DNA of 64,000 nucleotides from Octopus vulgaris (lineage: Eukaryota). Under the pieces are notes generated by a model. The model was not told where the DNA came from. It worked only from the letters and a program-made list of their open reading frames with translations, and ran no database searches. How positions within the stretch are numbered: position 1 is the stretch's first letter; each line of letters begins with the position of its first letter. Shown here piece by piece: positions 39,016-53,303 of the stretch. A program made the translations under genes and the position numbers. The DNA lies in contig OX597819.1 in assembly GCA_951406725.2 (NCBI GenBank), positions 90,396,001 to 90,460,000 on the forward strand. The letters are read 5' to 3'.

Positions 39016-41179
39016 AAGTAAACCATTCTCCTAGTTTCCCTTCTGGCAATCTGATGCAATTCCCTGTTACCACCGTTTTTCCAGTCCTTCCATGTCTGTT
39101 TATATATATATATATAAGAGAGAGTGTGTAAACCGATGATGTGAGTAGATGTGAATGAGAACAGATGAATAGGGAGTATATACATGTGTGTGTATGCATT
39201 CTTTTACATATTCTTATATACTTATATATACGTGTGTGTGTGTGTGTATATATATATAAATAGGGGAAAGAGGGGTGCAGGCATGGATATGTATGTATGT
39301 ATGTATACACACACATATGCATGTTTACTGTTTCACATCTTCTATTAATGTACAAATAATTTCTTTGTGTTCCATGATATGTACCTGAAAGTCTAAGGAA
39401 ACCTATGCTTTTACTCAGCCATAATTTAATTCTCTTTATTCAATAGATTCTCAGCTGCTATAAAAATCTCAAGTATTTCAACTGTACATAAATGACAGTC
39501 CTGTCTGTTCCCTTGGTACAGTTTGATTGAATTTATAAAACTCCATTCCTTTTAAAACTCTCTGCACTTAGATTTTGAATTAAATATATGCTCTGCAAGA
39601 GAAGTTGAATGTCTAAGCTTAAGGTTAGAAAATGAGTGACAATACAGAAAAACATTGTTGTATACTCTACGTAACATTTACGCTTATTATGGGTTCTTGC
39701 AGTGCTTTGATAAACAATGTTCTTGTTAAGGCAGTCTCCATTTAATGGACATTTATCTACTACTCTCCAGTTATATCCACAGATTTGCTCCCATTTTGTT
39801 CATTATAGTACACTACCTTATGCAAATCAGCCTTGTACATAGTTGAAGCCACTGGAGAAATATTTGTTCCATTGTCAATATTAGTATAATTATTAACTAC
39901 TAATTGAGCCTTCAGTTTATTCACTAAATTTTCTATTGTATTGGGTTCATTATTCCTAATATATCAACGTGGTCATAATGAGCCACATCTAAATATGTGA
40001 GTGCTCCATTACCCTTATTTACCATACTACTATTCAAATCCAAATCAGATAGTGCCTTATTGCTAAATCTATTGTCTCATTGAATTTGAGTAATATCTGA
40101 TGCTGCTACTTACTATAGCAGATAGTGTAGCGGAATGGGGAAATTTCACTGTTTGAATGTTAGAAGATTCGGTGAGGCATTTGTATTTTGGAGGAAAAGT
40201 TATCCTTAAAAATTCTGAAAAATATTTTTGGCACAGGTGTTTTTACTTGTGTAGAATGCAATGTATTAACCTCATGGACGGTTTGAACAAAATCTATATC
40301 CTACTTTGTCAGATTTAAGCATCTCAACAACTATTTCAATGAGTCAGCTGCTTTTTCTGCTTATCTTTCATCACCTTATCTGTTATACTTCTGTCAAATT
40401 TGTATGGTCAGTCCATCTGTTGGGTCTTCATGCAATATTCTCTCTCTCTCTCTCTCTCCCCTCACTCGTTTTGACTGCTTCACTTACTTTACCCATTTCA
40501 TAGCGAATGGTATATCTATACCATCCACTCAGTTGATGGTATCAACTCAGAATTTGTGCTGTTGTTCCTTGCCTGTGACATGTCTGGTTGAGTCCTCCAT
40601 CCTTTCCAGCTTACTTCCTGCACACAGTGTATACCAATCTGCATCTGAACAATCTCTCCTGACTTAATGTTGATGATGATGACCTGGAAAGAGAAACAGA
40701 TCTCCAGCAATGATTTGATTGGTATCTGCTGTATCTGAAAAGAAAGAAATTTGATGCAATTGCCTTTCAACAATCAGAACTCATTTGAATAGATGTTTTA
40801 TCTCTGCTTGGTTTGGTATTATTACTCTCACCCACCTCAATTCATGTATGACATGCAATATTCACTGTAGATATCTTCAGTATTAGTAGTAATAAGCATC
40901 TTATTGTCTGGCACTGAGCATGATAGTTCTTAGTGAGAATAAGAGAAAGAAACAGGTAGGTTACAAAGTAAGAAGCATCAGGTTTTCCAAAATTCATCAG
41001 TGGTGGGTATGGAGTACCAAGCATGGAAAGACAAGGATGGCAGGAATCAGGAAGGAGTGATAAAGCTACATGGTTTTTAGCCATGGGACAAATTACTACT
41101 GACAGAAAAGAATACATAGTAATGACTAAACAAGACAACTAGCTCAAAGATTATGAAGGATTAGCAACATCCAACAGAA

Positions 41180-41980
41180 AATGGTTTTAGCTTTCCATAA
41201 TCAGTATGGCTAGAAACACGAGAGTGAACAGAATGGGACCAAAGACACAACCCTGTTTTCATTCTTTTGGGGACAGAATGGTTCTGATGTTTCATCATCT
41301 TAAATTTTGGCCAACATGGCATTTGTAGTTTCATATGATGGTGGTTAATCTTCTGGGGCATCTGCACATTTGTGATGATTCTCTACAGGCCTTCTCTACC
41401 AACAATCTCAAAAACCTTAGTCAAACCAATGTAGATGGTGTACAAGTTAGCATCCTGTTCCTGACATTTCTCTTGTTGTCTAGCAGCAAACACTGTTTTT
41501 GGCCCTATGTCCTTTATGGTAGGCTGTCCTGCTCATGGTGCAGTAACATGGTTGAATTGCACTCTGGCCAAAATCTTGTCTGCAATGGAAAGTAGGGAAA
41601 TTCCATTATAGTTGTCACAAATTTGAAGGTTTCTTTTGCTCTTGTAACAGTGGTTGGTGGATGAACAATCTCACATTGCCAAATAAATTGGTTCCTGTGG
41701 CAGTTTTGGTCTGAGGATTTGTATAAAATGATGCAGCAACCAGTTCCCAGAATGACATGTACAGAACCTTATCTTCATCAGTCTGCAGTGACTAGATGAA
41801 ATAGACAAGTTCACTTACCTGGGAAGTACTCTCCCCCAAACTATCAACATTGATGACAAAGTGAATGCCAAACCTAGCAAAGCTGGCACCACATTTGTCA
41901 ACCTCCTCAAGAATGTTAGACCAGGTAAGACAGACATGCATATCAGGTAGTACAAGGCCATAATTCTCACCACATTGTTT
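41180..41980. mobile_element. RTE/BovB-like LINE fragment with 5' inversion
   Basis: - strand CDNYNGISLLSIADKILARV and QEKCQEQ; + strand MMQQPVP..EP and DKFTYLGSTL. Confidence 0.65.
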
Positions 41981-42109
41981 TGTTTAGTATGTAAAATCTC
42001 CAAAGGACAGGAAACAATTAGAATCTTTTCTTGGACATGTTATTGTGTGGAAGTTTTATTGATCATAATTTAAACTTTTTTAAAATAATAAAGAATAAAA
42101 ATAGGACGG

Positions 42110-42742
42110 ACAAAGTCTGGAAAGCTTTTACCTCTGTTGGCTTTTACTCTGTCTCTGAGTAAAGGCAAGATTGCATGGTCCATGTCCATGAATTGCAGTG
42201 CTGTATGGTAGTGAGGTGCAGACCCTGAATGTGGAGAACATGCAAAGGCTGCAGAGGAATGAAGCTGGTATGCTCAGTTGGATGTGGGGAAAGAAGTTGG
42301 ACATAGGAATTTTATGCAGTGTACAAGAGAGGAGAATATGCTGATTTGGCCATGATGCGGATGGATGAGGACAATTGCATAGTGCCGATCACTTAAAGTG
42401 GAGGGAAGTTGTGGAAGAGGGAGACATGGGATGAAGTTTTGGAGGCCGATCTCAAAACTCTGAACCTTACGAAGGAGATATGTGGCACTTGCTGTACTTG
42501 AGAAGACCCACCCACCACAACAGAATTGAGGTCCTAAAACCAAGGTGCCCTGTAAATGGCATTAGTGTGGGTGCTGGTGCCACATAAAAAGCACCCAGTA
42601 CTCTGTGGAATAGATAAGAAGGGCATCCAGCTGTAGAAACCAAGCCAAAAGACTATGGAACCTGATGTAGTCCTTAGCCTTACCAGTTTCTGTCAAGTCA
42701 TCCATCCCATGTTAGCATGGAAAACGGATCTTTGATGATGAT
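42110..42742 (+). mobile_element. RTE LINE 3' fragment
   Basis: LLPLL, LQRNEAGML.WM and the shared 3' tail ending GATGATGAT. Confidence 0.75.
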
Positions 42743-45700
42743 TTTAGTCATTACTAAGCTAGCAATTGGGATATAAATTAACACAGAAGCTTAATGGGAA
42801 ATTATTATTTAGATCACCATAAAACAAAATTTGTATCCTAGAAGCAAGGGTGGTTTTGGGCAGGTTAGTATCAAAAGGGTTAACAACTGAAGCAAATGTA
42901 AGAGGAATATTTTAGGAATACTTTCACAAGACAATCTCATCCTGTATTATATTTTTCAAGAGCATTAATTAACCACAGTGTTTACTATTGACAGCATTTG
43001 ATAATGAAATTTTTTATGTAAAGGATTCTCAAAAATATGTTGATGCAGTATCTTGATTAGAATTTATGTGCTGGTTTTGATGAATGCAGCTATAATTATG
43101 ACAATGGATTCTTTCATCCATCTTGTAGAAACTTGTTATAAAACATGAAAATATTGATATTGTATCCGGTGTATTAAAAAGGATCTTTAATTATAATTGG
43201 TTCAATTTTTTTATTGTTTGAAAGCCAATTGATCATTTACCATGTATAAATCTTCATTGTTTTTATATTCACGTTTTTCATGCTTGCATGGGTTAGACAA
43301 GACTTCTTGAGACAGCAGTGTTTTGCTTGATGTCCCTCCTGATGCAAGACATTTGTTTAAGTGGTATTGAATTCAACAAGTATGTGGTTGGGAAATGAAC
43401 ATCTTAATTCCATAGCCAAGTTTGTGTCTGGTCATGATTTCTTTCTTCATTAATCAATGTTATTAACTTCTAAATGCATCTTACATATTTTTCTTTAGTT
43501 CTATACATGGCTTAAAGGTTAGGATATTCAGCTCCTGGTCATTAGATCATGAATTCAATCCCTTGTGGCGTGTTGAGTCCTTGAGCAAGATACTTTATAT
43601 CATGTCACTCCAGTTATCTCAGCTGGCAAAAATGAGTACTACCTATATTTCAAAGGACCAACCTTATCGCTTTTTGTGTCATGCTGAATCTCCCAAGAAC
43701 TACGTTAAGGTTATGTGTGTCTGTGGAATGCTCAGCCACAATTTCACGAACAGATCTGTTGATCAGATTAACTAGAACTCTCATTGTCCTTACTGATAAT
43801 GCCGGTACATTTCTCTTATCTTTGTTTTTACCATAATGTTGGAGTATTGCATCCTGATTATTGCAAGACACATAATTAAGCTTTAATTTCATTGTATGTA
43901 GTTCACTGACAAATTATTACATCACAACATTCTCCATTTGAATTATTAAGTGTCATAGCAAAATTTCTTGAAACTTAGAAACAAATATATGTGCATTTAA
44001 TTTCATTTCTATTAAACTAGCCCCTTCTTGAGTGAATTATTGATGAATAAACATGTCAGTAACACTGCTGATTGATACAAAAGTAAGGTGCAGAAGAGAA
44101 ACTATATATCAGGGAACAAAATCATAAACACTAATTTGTAGGTACATTAGAGAGGTTCATAGAATTAATGTAAAATAAACTAGTTAACAGCTGCAGGAGA
44201 AATATTTATTCAAGAGCTAGTTGTTGTGTAACTTTTGATTTGTGGCATTTGTCCTGTAATCTCATTAAAGAAATATATTGTTATTGAAATTGTTGAGTCC
44301 TGTATGGAAATGCTCTGAGATTTGGTGCATGTGAATGACCATACTCTTAATACTGAATCTTCATCATTTTTGCAGAGGTAGGATTAAGTCTTCCCTTACA
44401 CAGTATCCCACCACTTGTGGTTCCTTACCATCATCTTGATGAGAACAACCATCACTGTTTTTTTTCTGTCTTCAAGTCTTCCTCTTCTACCTGGATTGCT
44501 TGGCACTTTACCCAAATGTTATCCTTCATACACATCACATGTTCTGGCATATCCTTTTTCCTTGCACATTATGTGTCAGTTCTCTTATACTTAGTTTTTC
44601 TCTCAGTTCATTTGTGTTTCATTGTTCATGCACACATAGTCAAGCATACTCACCTCTTTTCTTACCAACTTTAACACATCAATGGTTCTTACCACCATTC
44701 AGTTTTACACTACACAAATGCCATGCAATCTACCTCTCATTTGGAGAGAGAAGCCGTCCTTATATTAGCTATTACGTTTTTAGAGCACTCACCACCACCA
44801 CTAATTAGCTTGACCAGGTAACAGAAACTATCAACTACTGCTATGGTACCTTCCAAACATTTTTTATTGCTAACTGCTCTTGTGTACCTGCTACATAGTC
44901 TTTCTTCCCGGTCAGCTAGCCTGTGATAGTTAATATAGTTTTTATATTAGCTACAGAGTCTCTGTATATTGAACACACTAACAGATTGCACTGGAGCATA
45001 AGTTCTTACCTGATGAACGAAGCATTGCAAAATTTACTTCAAGGGTTTATGTTTCTAGAATCTGCTTTCATGTTTGCAATTTGTTCTGATTCTTCAAAAG
45101 ATTCAGCTATAAACAAATAACAATAATAATTTTTTTCAAGACTTTATAAGAGCAATCAATTTGTCTTCATTTCTCTAAATTAATAATTTCTCTACATAGG
45201 GAAAAAGCCATAACTGTGTCAGTTATTGAACTCAGTGCATATGTGTTAAATCTTCAATCCTGAATGAATGGAAAGCAAAGTTGATCTTGGTGAGATATGA
45301 AACTTAGTCATAGAGAGACAAGAATTCTGCAAGACATTTAGTCCTACACTAAACAGATTTTGCTATTCCACCATCTAACACCAATACTGAGACAATCCTG
45401 TTCTGCAGCTGTTGATTGGAAATCTTGAGTTTATCACGGGAGATATTGGAGATGAATTCTGTATAACTTGACATCAAAAACTTAAATGCTTAAAAGTCAT
45501 AAAATCATAAGATAATACAATGCATTTTGAAAAATAACAATGCTGGAAAAAAAATCACTGGTGCAAGCCAGAGTCCCCAATTACCAAGCAATGAACCGTT
45601 TGGGCCATACAAAAAATAAGTTTTTGAATTTTACTATTTTCTTAACTGTCAGTTTTATTTTGAAAAATCAGTTTCCATCAGACTTTTCCACACTTGTCTA

Positions 45701-48427
45701 CATCATAGATTTTTTCATGCACAGTTAAATTAAGCCCACAAGCTAACTTTAAGATTTATAAGGGCACATGAACTCTCAGTCCATGGAAAAATTGTTTTGC
45801 ATGAAACCAGTTGGTGGTGCAAAAAGGGTTAAAGACTGGTGTAAACTACCACAGATAAGATAATATAAACTGTTAAATGAAGTGCAATTTAGTGTTAACA
45901 CAATTGTAGAGCATACCAAGAAATCTGACAATGATGGAGTCAAAACCAAATTTTAAATATTGACATTATATAGAAAATGAAAGACAGAAAAACAGTTTCA
46001 GAATAGTTTTTTTTTTTTTTTTCATTCTCACACAATGAAAACTATCATGATTTGTGTGTGTGTTAAGCTAAGGTGAAAGGGTAAAGAGAAAATGTCAGTA
46101 ATTTTGAGACAGTCAATGTAACCTTTTAATGAAATATGGATTTTGTCACATTTTTTCTCCACTTAATAATATTTAATTCTTGTTATGGAGCATATTCTTA
46201 TAAAAGGCAAGTTGGTAGTAGTAATTGATATTCCATTGCCTAGTCCTGGTGTAATGTTCTAGCGAACATTTAGCTAAATTGGAACACTATTCATTAAAAG
46301 GTAGCACATCTTTTTGGATGGTGAGGAAGATGTGGTAATCTTCATTTTGTTTTTCTCTCTCTTTCTAGTTTTCTGTTTTGGTGACCTGGTAGCAAATAAA
46401 ATTTTCTTTCTATTTATTTTTTAGGTGATAGAAAATATTAGAATGTTTGATTAAAAAGCCCCACAGCATTTATTTTTATCACCTTACATTTTGAGCCTAG
46501 ATCTTGTCCCAGCTGATTTAGCTTTTCATCCCTCAATGGTTTGTCAAAGACATGTAATGAAGTTAAGTTCTAGTAACTATTCTGTCCTTGTGGCCTTCAG
46601 AAGTAGTCATTGACGGTGTATTTCAGTTTTTGTGTATGACTTTTCTAGGTTTCTTCTGACAAAATCTTCTTTAAACTGATTCCTAAAGCATACCGAAATA
46701 TAATTCTGTTCTTTTATGCCTTATAGTTCTAATTTCATTATTTTTTTCATTTATATTCAAAATTGTACTTGGGGTGGAATTTCTTTCCATCAGTACAGCC
46801 TATAACAGTTTTGTGGGTTGAGGGCTGTACAGGAACTGTGTTTGTGCAACCTGTGGAACTTTCTGAATATGCTTAATGAAAAATTACCTTCAATTTTTTT
46901 TTACTAGTGTGACCTGCCTGGTGATGAGCCATGTCTCCTGGTCCACTTCTCAAAAAAAGGTTACCCATGCCTGGTGTACACACACAAACATACACACCCC
47001 AGTCATATATTCTCTGTTGAGCACAATGCCTTCATAATACAGGCAAGTTACATGTTTTATGAAGCTCCATCTTAGTTTGTGTAAAACACTGTTCTGTGTG
47101 CACTGAATAATACAAGGTGGGCGCAACCAATGCCATGAGAAACCATCATAGATTGGAGAGGTTTCACTCTCTCTCTCAGTCTAAATTCTGTCCAACTAAT
47201 AAAAAATTATGTATAGTTAAATGCTTGGCGTATACACCAGTTTTGCCACTCACTGAAAATTATATTGATATCATATATACCTTACATCAGAATTCATATA
47301 TTTATTTTAGTGTGTGTGTATATATCATGTACTTGAAGTGATTATGGTGGGTACATGCATGCACACACATTATTTATGGACAAAATGTGGCAAATTATTT
47401 CTACATTACTTTTTTTATTTTCTTATAATTGCTGATAAAAAGGAAAATGCCCATTTGCTGTAAAAAATTGATATTTTCATTTATATTTAATTATTCTCCC
47501 TTTTTAAATGTCTGCTCCTCCCCCCCTATGATGATTAAACTTATTTATTGTCATGTTAGCCACTTTTCAATCTTGTTTCTTCTCATGACTAAATTCAGAG
47601 TAGATTAGGTTCACTAGTGCACTAGTCCCTTCACCTATGAGCAAGAGCTGTTGTTGATTGCACATTTTTTGTTTTACACAGTTATGAGATAAGTAGCTAT
47701 AAACTGTCATAACAACCAAGAAACGTTTTGATAACATGTTGCGTGCCAAACCATATAAACAGAATTCTTTCTGCTGATTTTACAGCTGTTATCTACATTT
47801 TTTGGTAATGAATATATTTGTGTTTCCTTATCTCAACATTGCATGATAGTGTCATTGTCATACAAGTAGTGTCATTCATTTCCAGTATTCTACAAAAACA
47901 TTTCTGGCCACAGGGAAATAATACTGTACTTGGAAACAGGTGAAGGTTAGCTACAGGAAGAGCATCAAACTGCAGAAAATCTGCCTCAATAAATTATGAA
48001 TTGCTGTTAAGTTTTTATTTTAATTACATAGTAAATTGCTTTGTTCTGTTGTGTATACACATACATGTATATTTCAAGGTGAAGACTTCCTTTATAGTTA
48101 AGAAATAGTCTGATGACTAAAGACAGGAGTAAAAAACCTTGGTCCATGCATTCCTATGAGATAATGTTTTATGATATGTAAAGCTGTTTTTTTTTTTTTA
48201 TACATGTTCGTGTAGCTATGGGGAAAGGTATTGGATCAGAGAAGATAACATTTAAAAACATAATATTCAAGAAACGAGGTATACATTCCATGAGTTTTGC
48301 TTATAACCTCATGTGGCTTTGGGGATAAGTATTCATCAAATTGGTCGCTTGATTTTTAAAATGAAGCAAATCGATCAATATTTATTTTTCTGTATATCTA
48401 AATTGTATTTTTTTTTTTTTCTTACAG

Positions 48428-48510
48428 GAAATCATATACTTCCTGATGAGGATTTAGTTGACTTTTTCAAAGATGAAGTCTATAAAGCCACAGAAGGAAG
48501 ACCCACAAAG
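48428..48510 (+). CDS. FAM120A: FAM120A exon 2
   Basis: Poly-T/TTACAG acceptor; (G)NHILPDEDLVDFF continues the conserved LLGNHIL motif in phase; donor AAG|GTGAAG. Confidence 0.9.
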
Positions 48511-48589
48511 GTGAAGCATTGAATATTTTTATTTCATATTAAATTTATCTTCAAATGTTCAAGTTTTGCTTTTGACATTGACAATAATG

Positions 48590-48800
48590 ATTTCAAATTT
48601 TGACACAAGGCAAGAAATATCGGGGGGGGGGTAAGTTAATTGCATCAATCCCAGTACTTGACTGAGACTTATTTTATCGACCCCAAAAGGATGAAGGCAA
48701 AGTTAACCATGGTAGAATTTGAACTTGGAATGTGTATATGGATGAAATACAGCTAAGCATTTCACCCAATGTGCTAACAATTCTCCCAGCTCACCACCAT
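48590..48800 (-). mobile_element. tRNA-derived SINE
   Basis: TTATTTTATCGACCCCAAAAGGATGAAGGCAAAG core. Confidence 0.7.
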
Positions 48801-49889
48801 TAAAGCTTATAAGCAATCACCATGTATTGGCTAAAGAAAATAGTCTATTATTGGGGCATATAAGCCCCTAACAGAAAAAGTGGGTATTATTATGCATGGG
48901 AATTGAACCTACACCTCTTATATTCATGATAAGTGTGCTAACCAATTACACCAGCCTATTTACCAAATATTGACAATAGTAAACACAGTCAAGTAGTTTA
49001 ATTAGAATTCGGGCTGGTTTGTCATTAGGATACAAGCTTTGTAAATAAGTAATTTGTATCCTAACATTGATGTTTCCCTGGCAAATAATTATGATTAACC
49101 CAATCAGCCTAATTCAAGTTTTGTACCATGTAAAGTAATTGCTCTAAGCAAGTGTCCTTCATAATTAGGCTGTTTCATTGAGTTGAACTCGCAGCTAAGT
49201 CCTGTTCAGGCAGACCAATGGTTAAAGATATTCCATTTTTGATTTGCTATTCCTAGCAGTTGTTCAATCGTACTAAGGCTTCCCATTTGACTTGTTCATT
49301 TGTATGTAAAGCTTGGAGAGTCCATCAGGTTCGTTTGTCAGGTACATTCCCCCCCCCCCCACCTTCTGAACATGGGTTACTGAGTTATAGTACTCTTTTG
49401 ACTGTAATTATTTTAAAAATCTTCTGTATAGTATGTGCATTGCCGACCCTATTGTCTAGGTTTATTACTGATCATATGTTCTGTAGTTTAGTGTGAATTT
49501 CTAAATGATGAGTTTTAAGTCAGTTGTGGAAATCATTTAAGTGTTTATTTACACTTAACATTGCTTACAAATATATGCATATCATTTTGTTACTTAGACC
49601 ATTGAAACTTGATTGCTAGCTTTCAGTTTATGCAATTACTGAAGTCTAATTTTCTAAAACCATTGACCTTTTATTCTACTGGCATACTTGTTACTTCAAT
49701 GAATGTAAGCTAGTCCAGTTAAAATTCTTTCTTCTGATAACTCTGCTTACTGTAATGTAACTTTTGTAAAAAATATATATATATTCTAAACTTGTTTCTT
49801 GTTTCTATAACAGACTAGTTAAGTTAGCTATTCATTTATTCTAAATTGTTTAGTTTAGTCATGTTCACACTTTTTCTTTCTCTTCATAG

Positions 49890-49984
49890 TTAACACCAGA
49901 AAAAGTGATCAAAGCTGTTGTTGACTTTGTTAGAAAACTACCTTCTGTTGATAATTTGGATGTCATCGGGGAGGAAATTTTCAA
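49890..49984 (+). CDS. FAM120A: FAM120A exon 3
   Basis: TTCATAG acceptor; LTPEKVIKAVVDFVRKLPSVDNLDVIGEEIF; donor AA|GTAAGT, phase 0 to 2. Confidence 0.85.
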
Positions 49985-51276
49985 GTAAGTAGATAGTGAG
50001 ATTTTATTTTACTTACAAGTCATGAATGAATTGTTAACTTTCAGCTTTGCTTTTACAAATCTTTTGTTTTATTGTTGTAATTAAATGTTTCATTTGTAAA
50101 TCAACTTGCATGTCTTCAATAATGTTTTTTGTTTAAGAATTGAATTTTAAAGATGAAACAGATTTACAGTGGATAAGTTTATCTTCATGTTAACTAACTT
50201 ATTCAAATGTCATAAGGTTATATTTAAAATCTATAGCCTGGAAGGTGGAACCTTCACAGCAATGCATTTTCAAATAGGTGTTCCAGATAACCTGGTGGTG
50301 TCCTTCATCCTTCCAGATATGGATATCAGTTTAGTCACTGATCACCCAAACATGAGACAAATTGTTCAGGTTATGTAGTGCCAGGAGCATAGAGAGCCTG
50401 ACCTGTTAGCATTTAGTTTAACCCTAGGCAAATACAAACCAGTTATATTGATATATCTAATTTAAACCTAGACGATTCATTCAAGGTTTCATTAAGATGT
50501 GGCTAGGGATCAGAATAGAAAAGCTGAATGTTCTCATTGTCTATGTTACAATTTTCAACATCATCACTTCCACCCTCTGTTGGTTTGAATTTGATAAGTT
50601 TTCCATATGGTATCTCCTTGTTTGCCTTAATCCTGTAGCATTTCATTCATGAAGCTTTACACTCACATATCTATTTGTTTCTTTGCAAGTTAATGTGAAT
50701 GCAATATTTAATAAAGTATTTGAAAGTTTCATGTAATAGCTATATTTTAAAAGTTCAGAAATGTGAATGGGTGGGTTAGTTGGTTGGTTAAAGTGATATG
50801 CTTTTGACTCATTTCCTTTCCTGTCATAGGAATTACATTATAATCTCTAAGTCAATTGATGTTACCAATAAAATTGATGCTTCAACAGTTTATGGAATTG
50901 ACTGTAATTCATCATATAAATTTTATTAAAATACACCTTGGGTGTCGTTTGTAGCCCTGGTCCAACCAATGCTATGTCGGGGAATTTGGAAGATAGAAAC
51001 TATAGGATGCACATGTACTTTATAGAAACACTCATGCATATTTATGACATTGGATAGAATGCTTGGCACCCACTTAGCTAAACTTTGCCTTTCAGGGTTG
51101 ATAAAGTATCAGTCCAGGGTGGTTGATTGGTAGACCATTTGTAATGTCGTACAAAATGCCTTGCGACATCTCATTCTGTTTTGCTTTCTGAGTTCAGATC
51201 CTGCCTCTTGTCAGCTGAGAAGTAAGGGGAACAAATCCTTTGAGATCTGGTAAAATTGATAGACTTGGGAAGTTCG

Positions 51277-51460
51277 TGCTGGTGGCACGTAAAAGCACCC
51301 TCTACACTCTTGGAGTGGTTGGCGTTAGGAAGGACATCCAGCTGTAGAAACTCTGCCAGATCAGATTGGAGCCTGGTGCAGCCATCTGGCTCACCAGTCC
51401 TCAGTCAAACCATCCAACCCATGCCAGCATGGAAAGCGGACGTTAAACGATGATGATGAT
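51277..51460 (+). mobile_element. RTE 3' tail (young, short)
   Basis: GTGCTGGTGGCACGTAAAAGCACCC ... AACCCATGCCAGCATGGAAAGCGGACGTTAAACGATGATGATGAT. Confidence 0.8.
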
Positions 51461-51667
51461 TAACATTTAAACTGGCTCAAATATCCTACCTGTCTTCTGT
51501 TCAAATTGGCCAGGTTCGGCCTCTCATATCTACCATACAATGTCATTCTAAAAGTGTACAACCACATCATTGAAATCTCAAAATTATGAGATAATACCCA
51601 ATTAATTCAAAACCACATGGATAAATAAGCAGTACATTTGACAATAATCTGAATGCTAAAGGGTTAA
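51461..51667. mobile_element. piggyBac-type MITE fragment
   Basis: Ends TGAATGCTAAAGGG-TTAA; related fragment at about 57820-57903. Confidence 0.55.
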
Positions 51668-53193
51668 TCAAGAGCACTTCCTGAATGAACAATGTGCATT
51701 ATTCCATAAAGTGTGGCTGGTCCTACACAAGCGTTCATCTCTGAAAATGCATCTTGTGAGTAGTCTAACACCTATGTTGAAAAGCCCTTTGAATCTAAAA
51801 GAAAATGGATAGATTCTGAAGATTATGCAATAGCTTTCTTTCAAATCTGTGTTGATTAGATGCTTCTGGTATACATTTTGAAAATGACTTATTTCATTTT
51901 TTATCTTTATTGACATTTAGATAGGAGGTTTATTCTTAAAGTTTTCTCTTAAGATTCTTTCATGGTGTCTTGAATGTGTATGTTTTGTCACTGATAAAAT
52001 ATGTTAGAAGAAAATGTTTTATTTTGTTTGGGGATTAGTCTTTTAAGCACATGATCTAGTTAATCTTATTGTACAATTAAAAAAACTCTTCCTTGCTTAC
52101 ATAAATTGAAAGGTTTTCTTAGTTTTGCAGTAATCCTCGGAGATCTAAATATTAAAGAGATAAACATTAAATCTTTCTATAGTTTTGTCCCCTATTAAAC
52201 ACTTGAAGAATCTTATTTGCTTCAGTTCCCTTATTCAATGATGTATTTCTTCTCAAGAATTTAAAAATAATGATGTATTTCTTCTCAGGAATTTTAAAAT
52301 AATTTGCTGACTTAGTATGATTTGAAAGAGGGGGAAGTCTGTATTTTTATTATTGCAACTTATGTTAACATTGAAAAGGATATACTAAATGAAGCAGTGT
52401 ATCAGTTTTATACTTAGATATTCTTTATGCATGTTTTGAATTATTGCCATTGTAAATGCTGTGTCACTGGAAGCATAAAATTGTATCTTTCTGGATCTGT
52501 TTGGGTATCTATTGATTTTGTTGTCATGTAAGTTATTGAAGCTTAACAGAAAGAAGAATTTAAGAGGCGGTTAGGCTGTTGCAATTTCTATGTTTTTGCT
52601 TATAAGAGGTTCTTGACAGGCAAGGCAGAGAATATAAAGGAGATAGGTGCAGTAAATGTTTTAATTTCTTTGAGTAGGGACTATGGTAAAAGAAAACACC
52701 TATATAACATAAGATATTGTTCATCACTACATATATTAATTGGTATATTAAACTGGTGGGGCTGTGATAATACTCTACAAAGAAAAATTATAGGAAACGC
52801 TAAAAGAATGATTAAATTGAACTATATTTCATTTCACTGTGCACAAATTTCTTAAGTTGTATCTATAAAGTGTTTATAACTATGTCCATAAATCCTCTCA
52901 TAGCAAGTAATATAGTGCTCATCTTATTGGAATGTTTCTTGTTTTAGTGTAGTATTTTCTTTAGCTATATCTAGCAAAATATTTAAGAGTATATTTTTAA
53001 TGATTATTTAACATAAAATTTAGTATTTGAAAAATTAGTTATTTAGTTCATTACTGGCATTGGCTTTGAACTGTGGACAAATGATAGTTATAGATTGCAA
53101 TTTTTTTTTCTTAAAGCAACAGTTGCTTTGAAAGCATTTTAAAATTGAAAAATAAAAGGTCTTTGTTATTTTCATTTGTGTTTATTTTTTCAG

Positions 53194-53303
53194 AGACTCT
53201 GTTAAAAATAAACAAGAACTTGTTACAAAATTGAAACAAAGTGTCCAGTACTATTTAAATGGTACTCAAGATGGTTTCCTGAAATATAAACCCAGAGTAA
53301 AAA
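53194..53303 (+). CDS. FAM120A: FAM120A exon 4
   Basis: TTTTCAG acceptor; DSVKNKQELVTKLKQSVQYYLNGTQDGFLKYKPRVK; donor A|GTGAGT, phase 2 to 1. Confidence 0.85.

Noticed and set aside
45008-45040. Hammerhead ribozyme cores (CTGATGA here and at about 48110)
   Set aside because: No properly placed GAAA or closing stems were found.
48890-48956. tRNA gene on the - strand
   Set aside because: A- and B-box-like motifs are present but I could not fold a cloverleaf; more likely a decayed SINE head or tRNA pseudogene.
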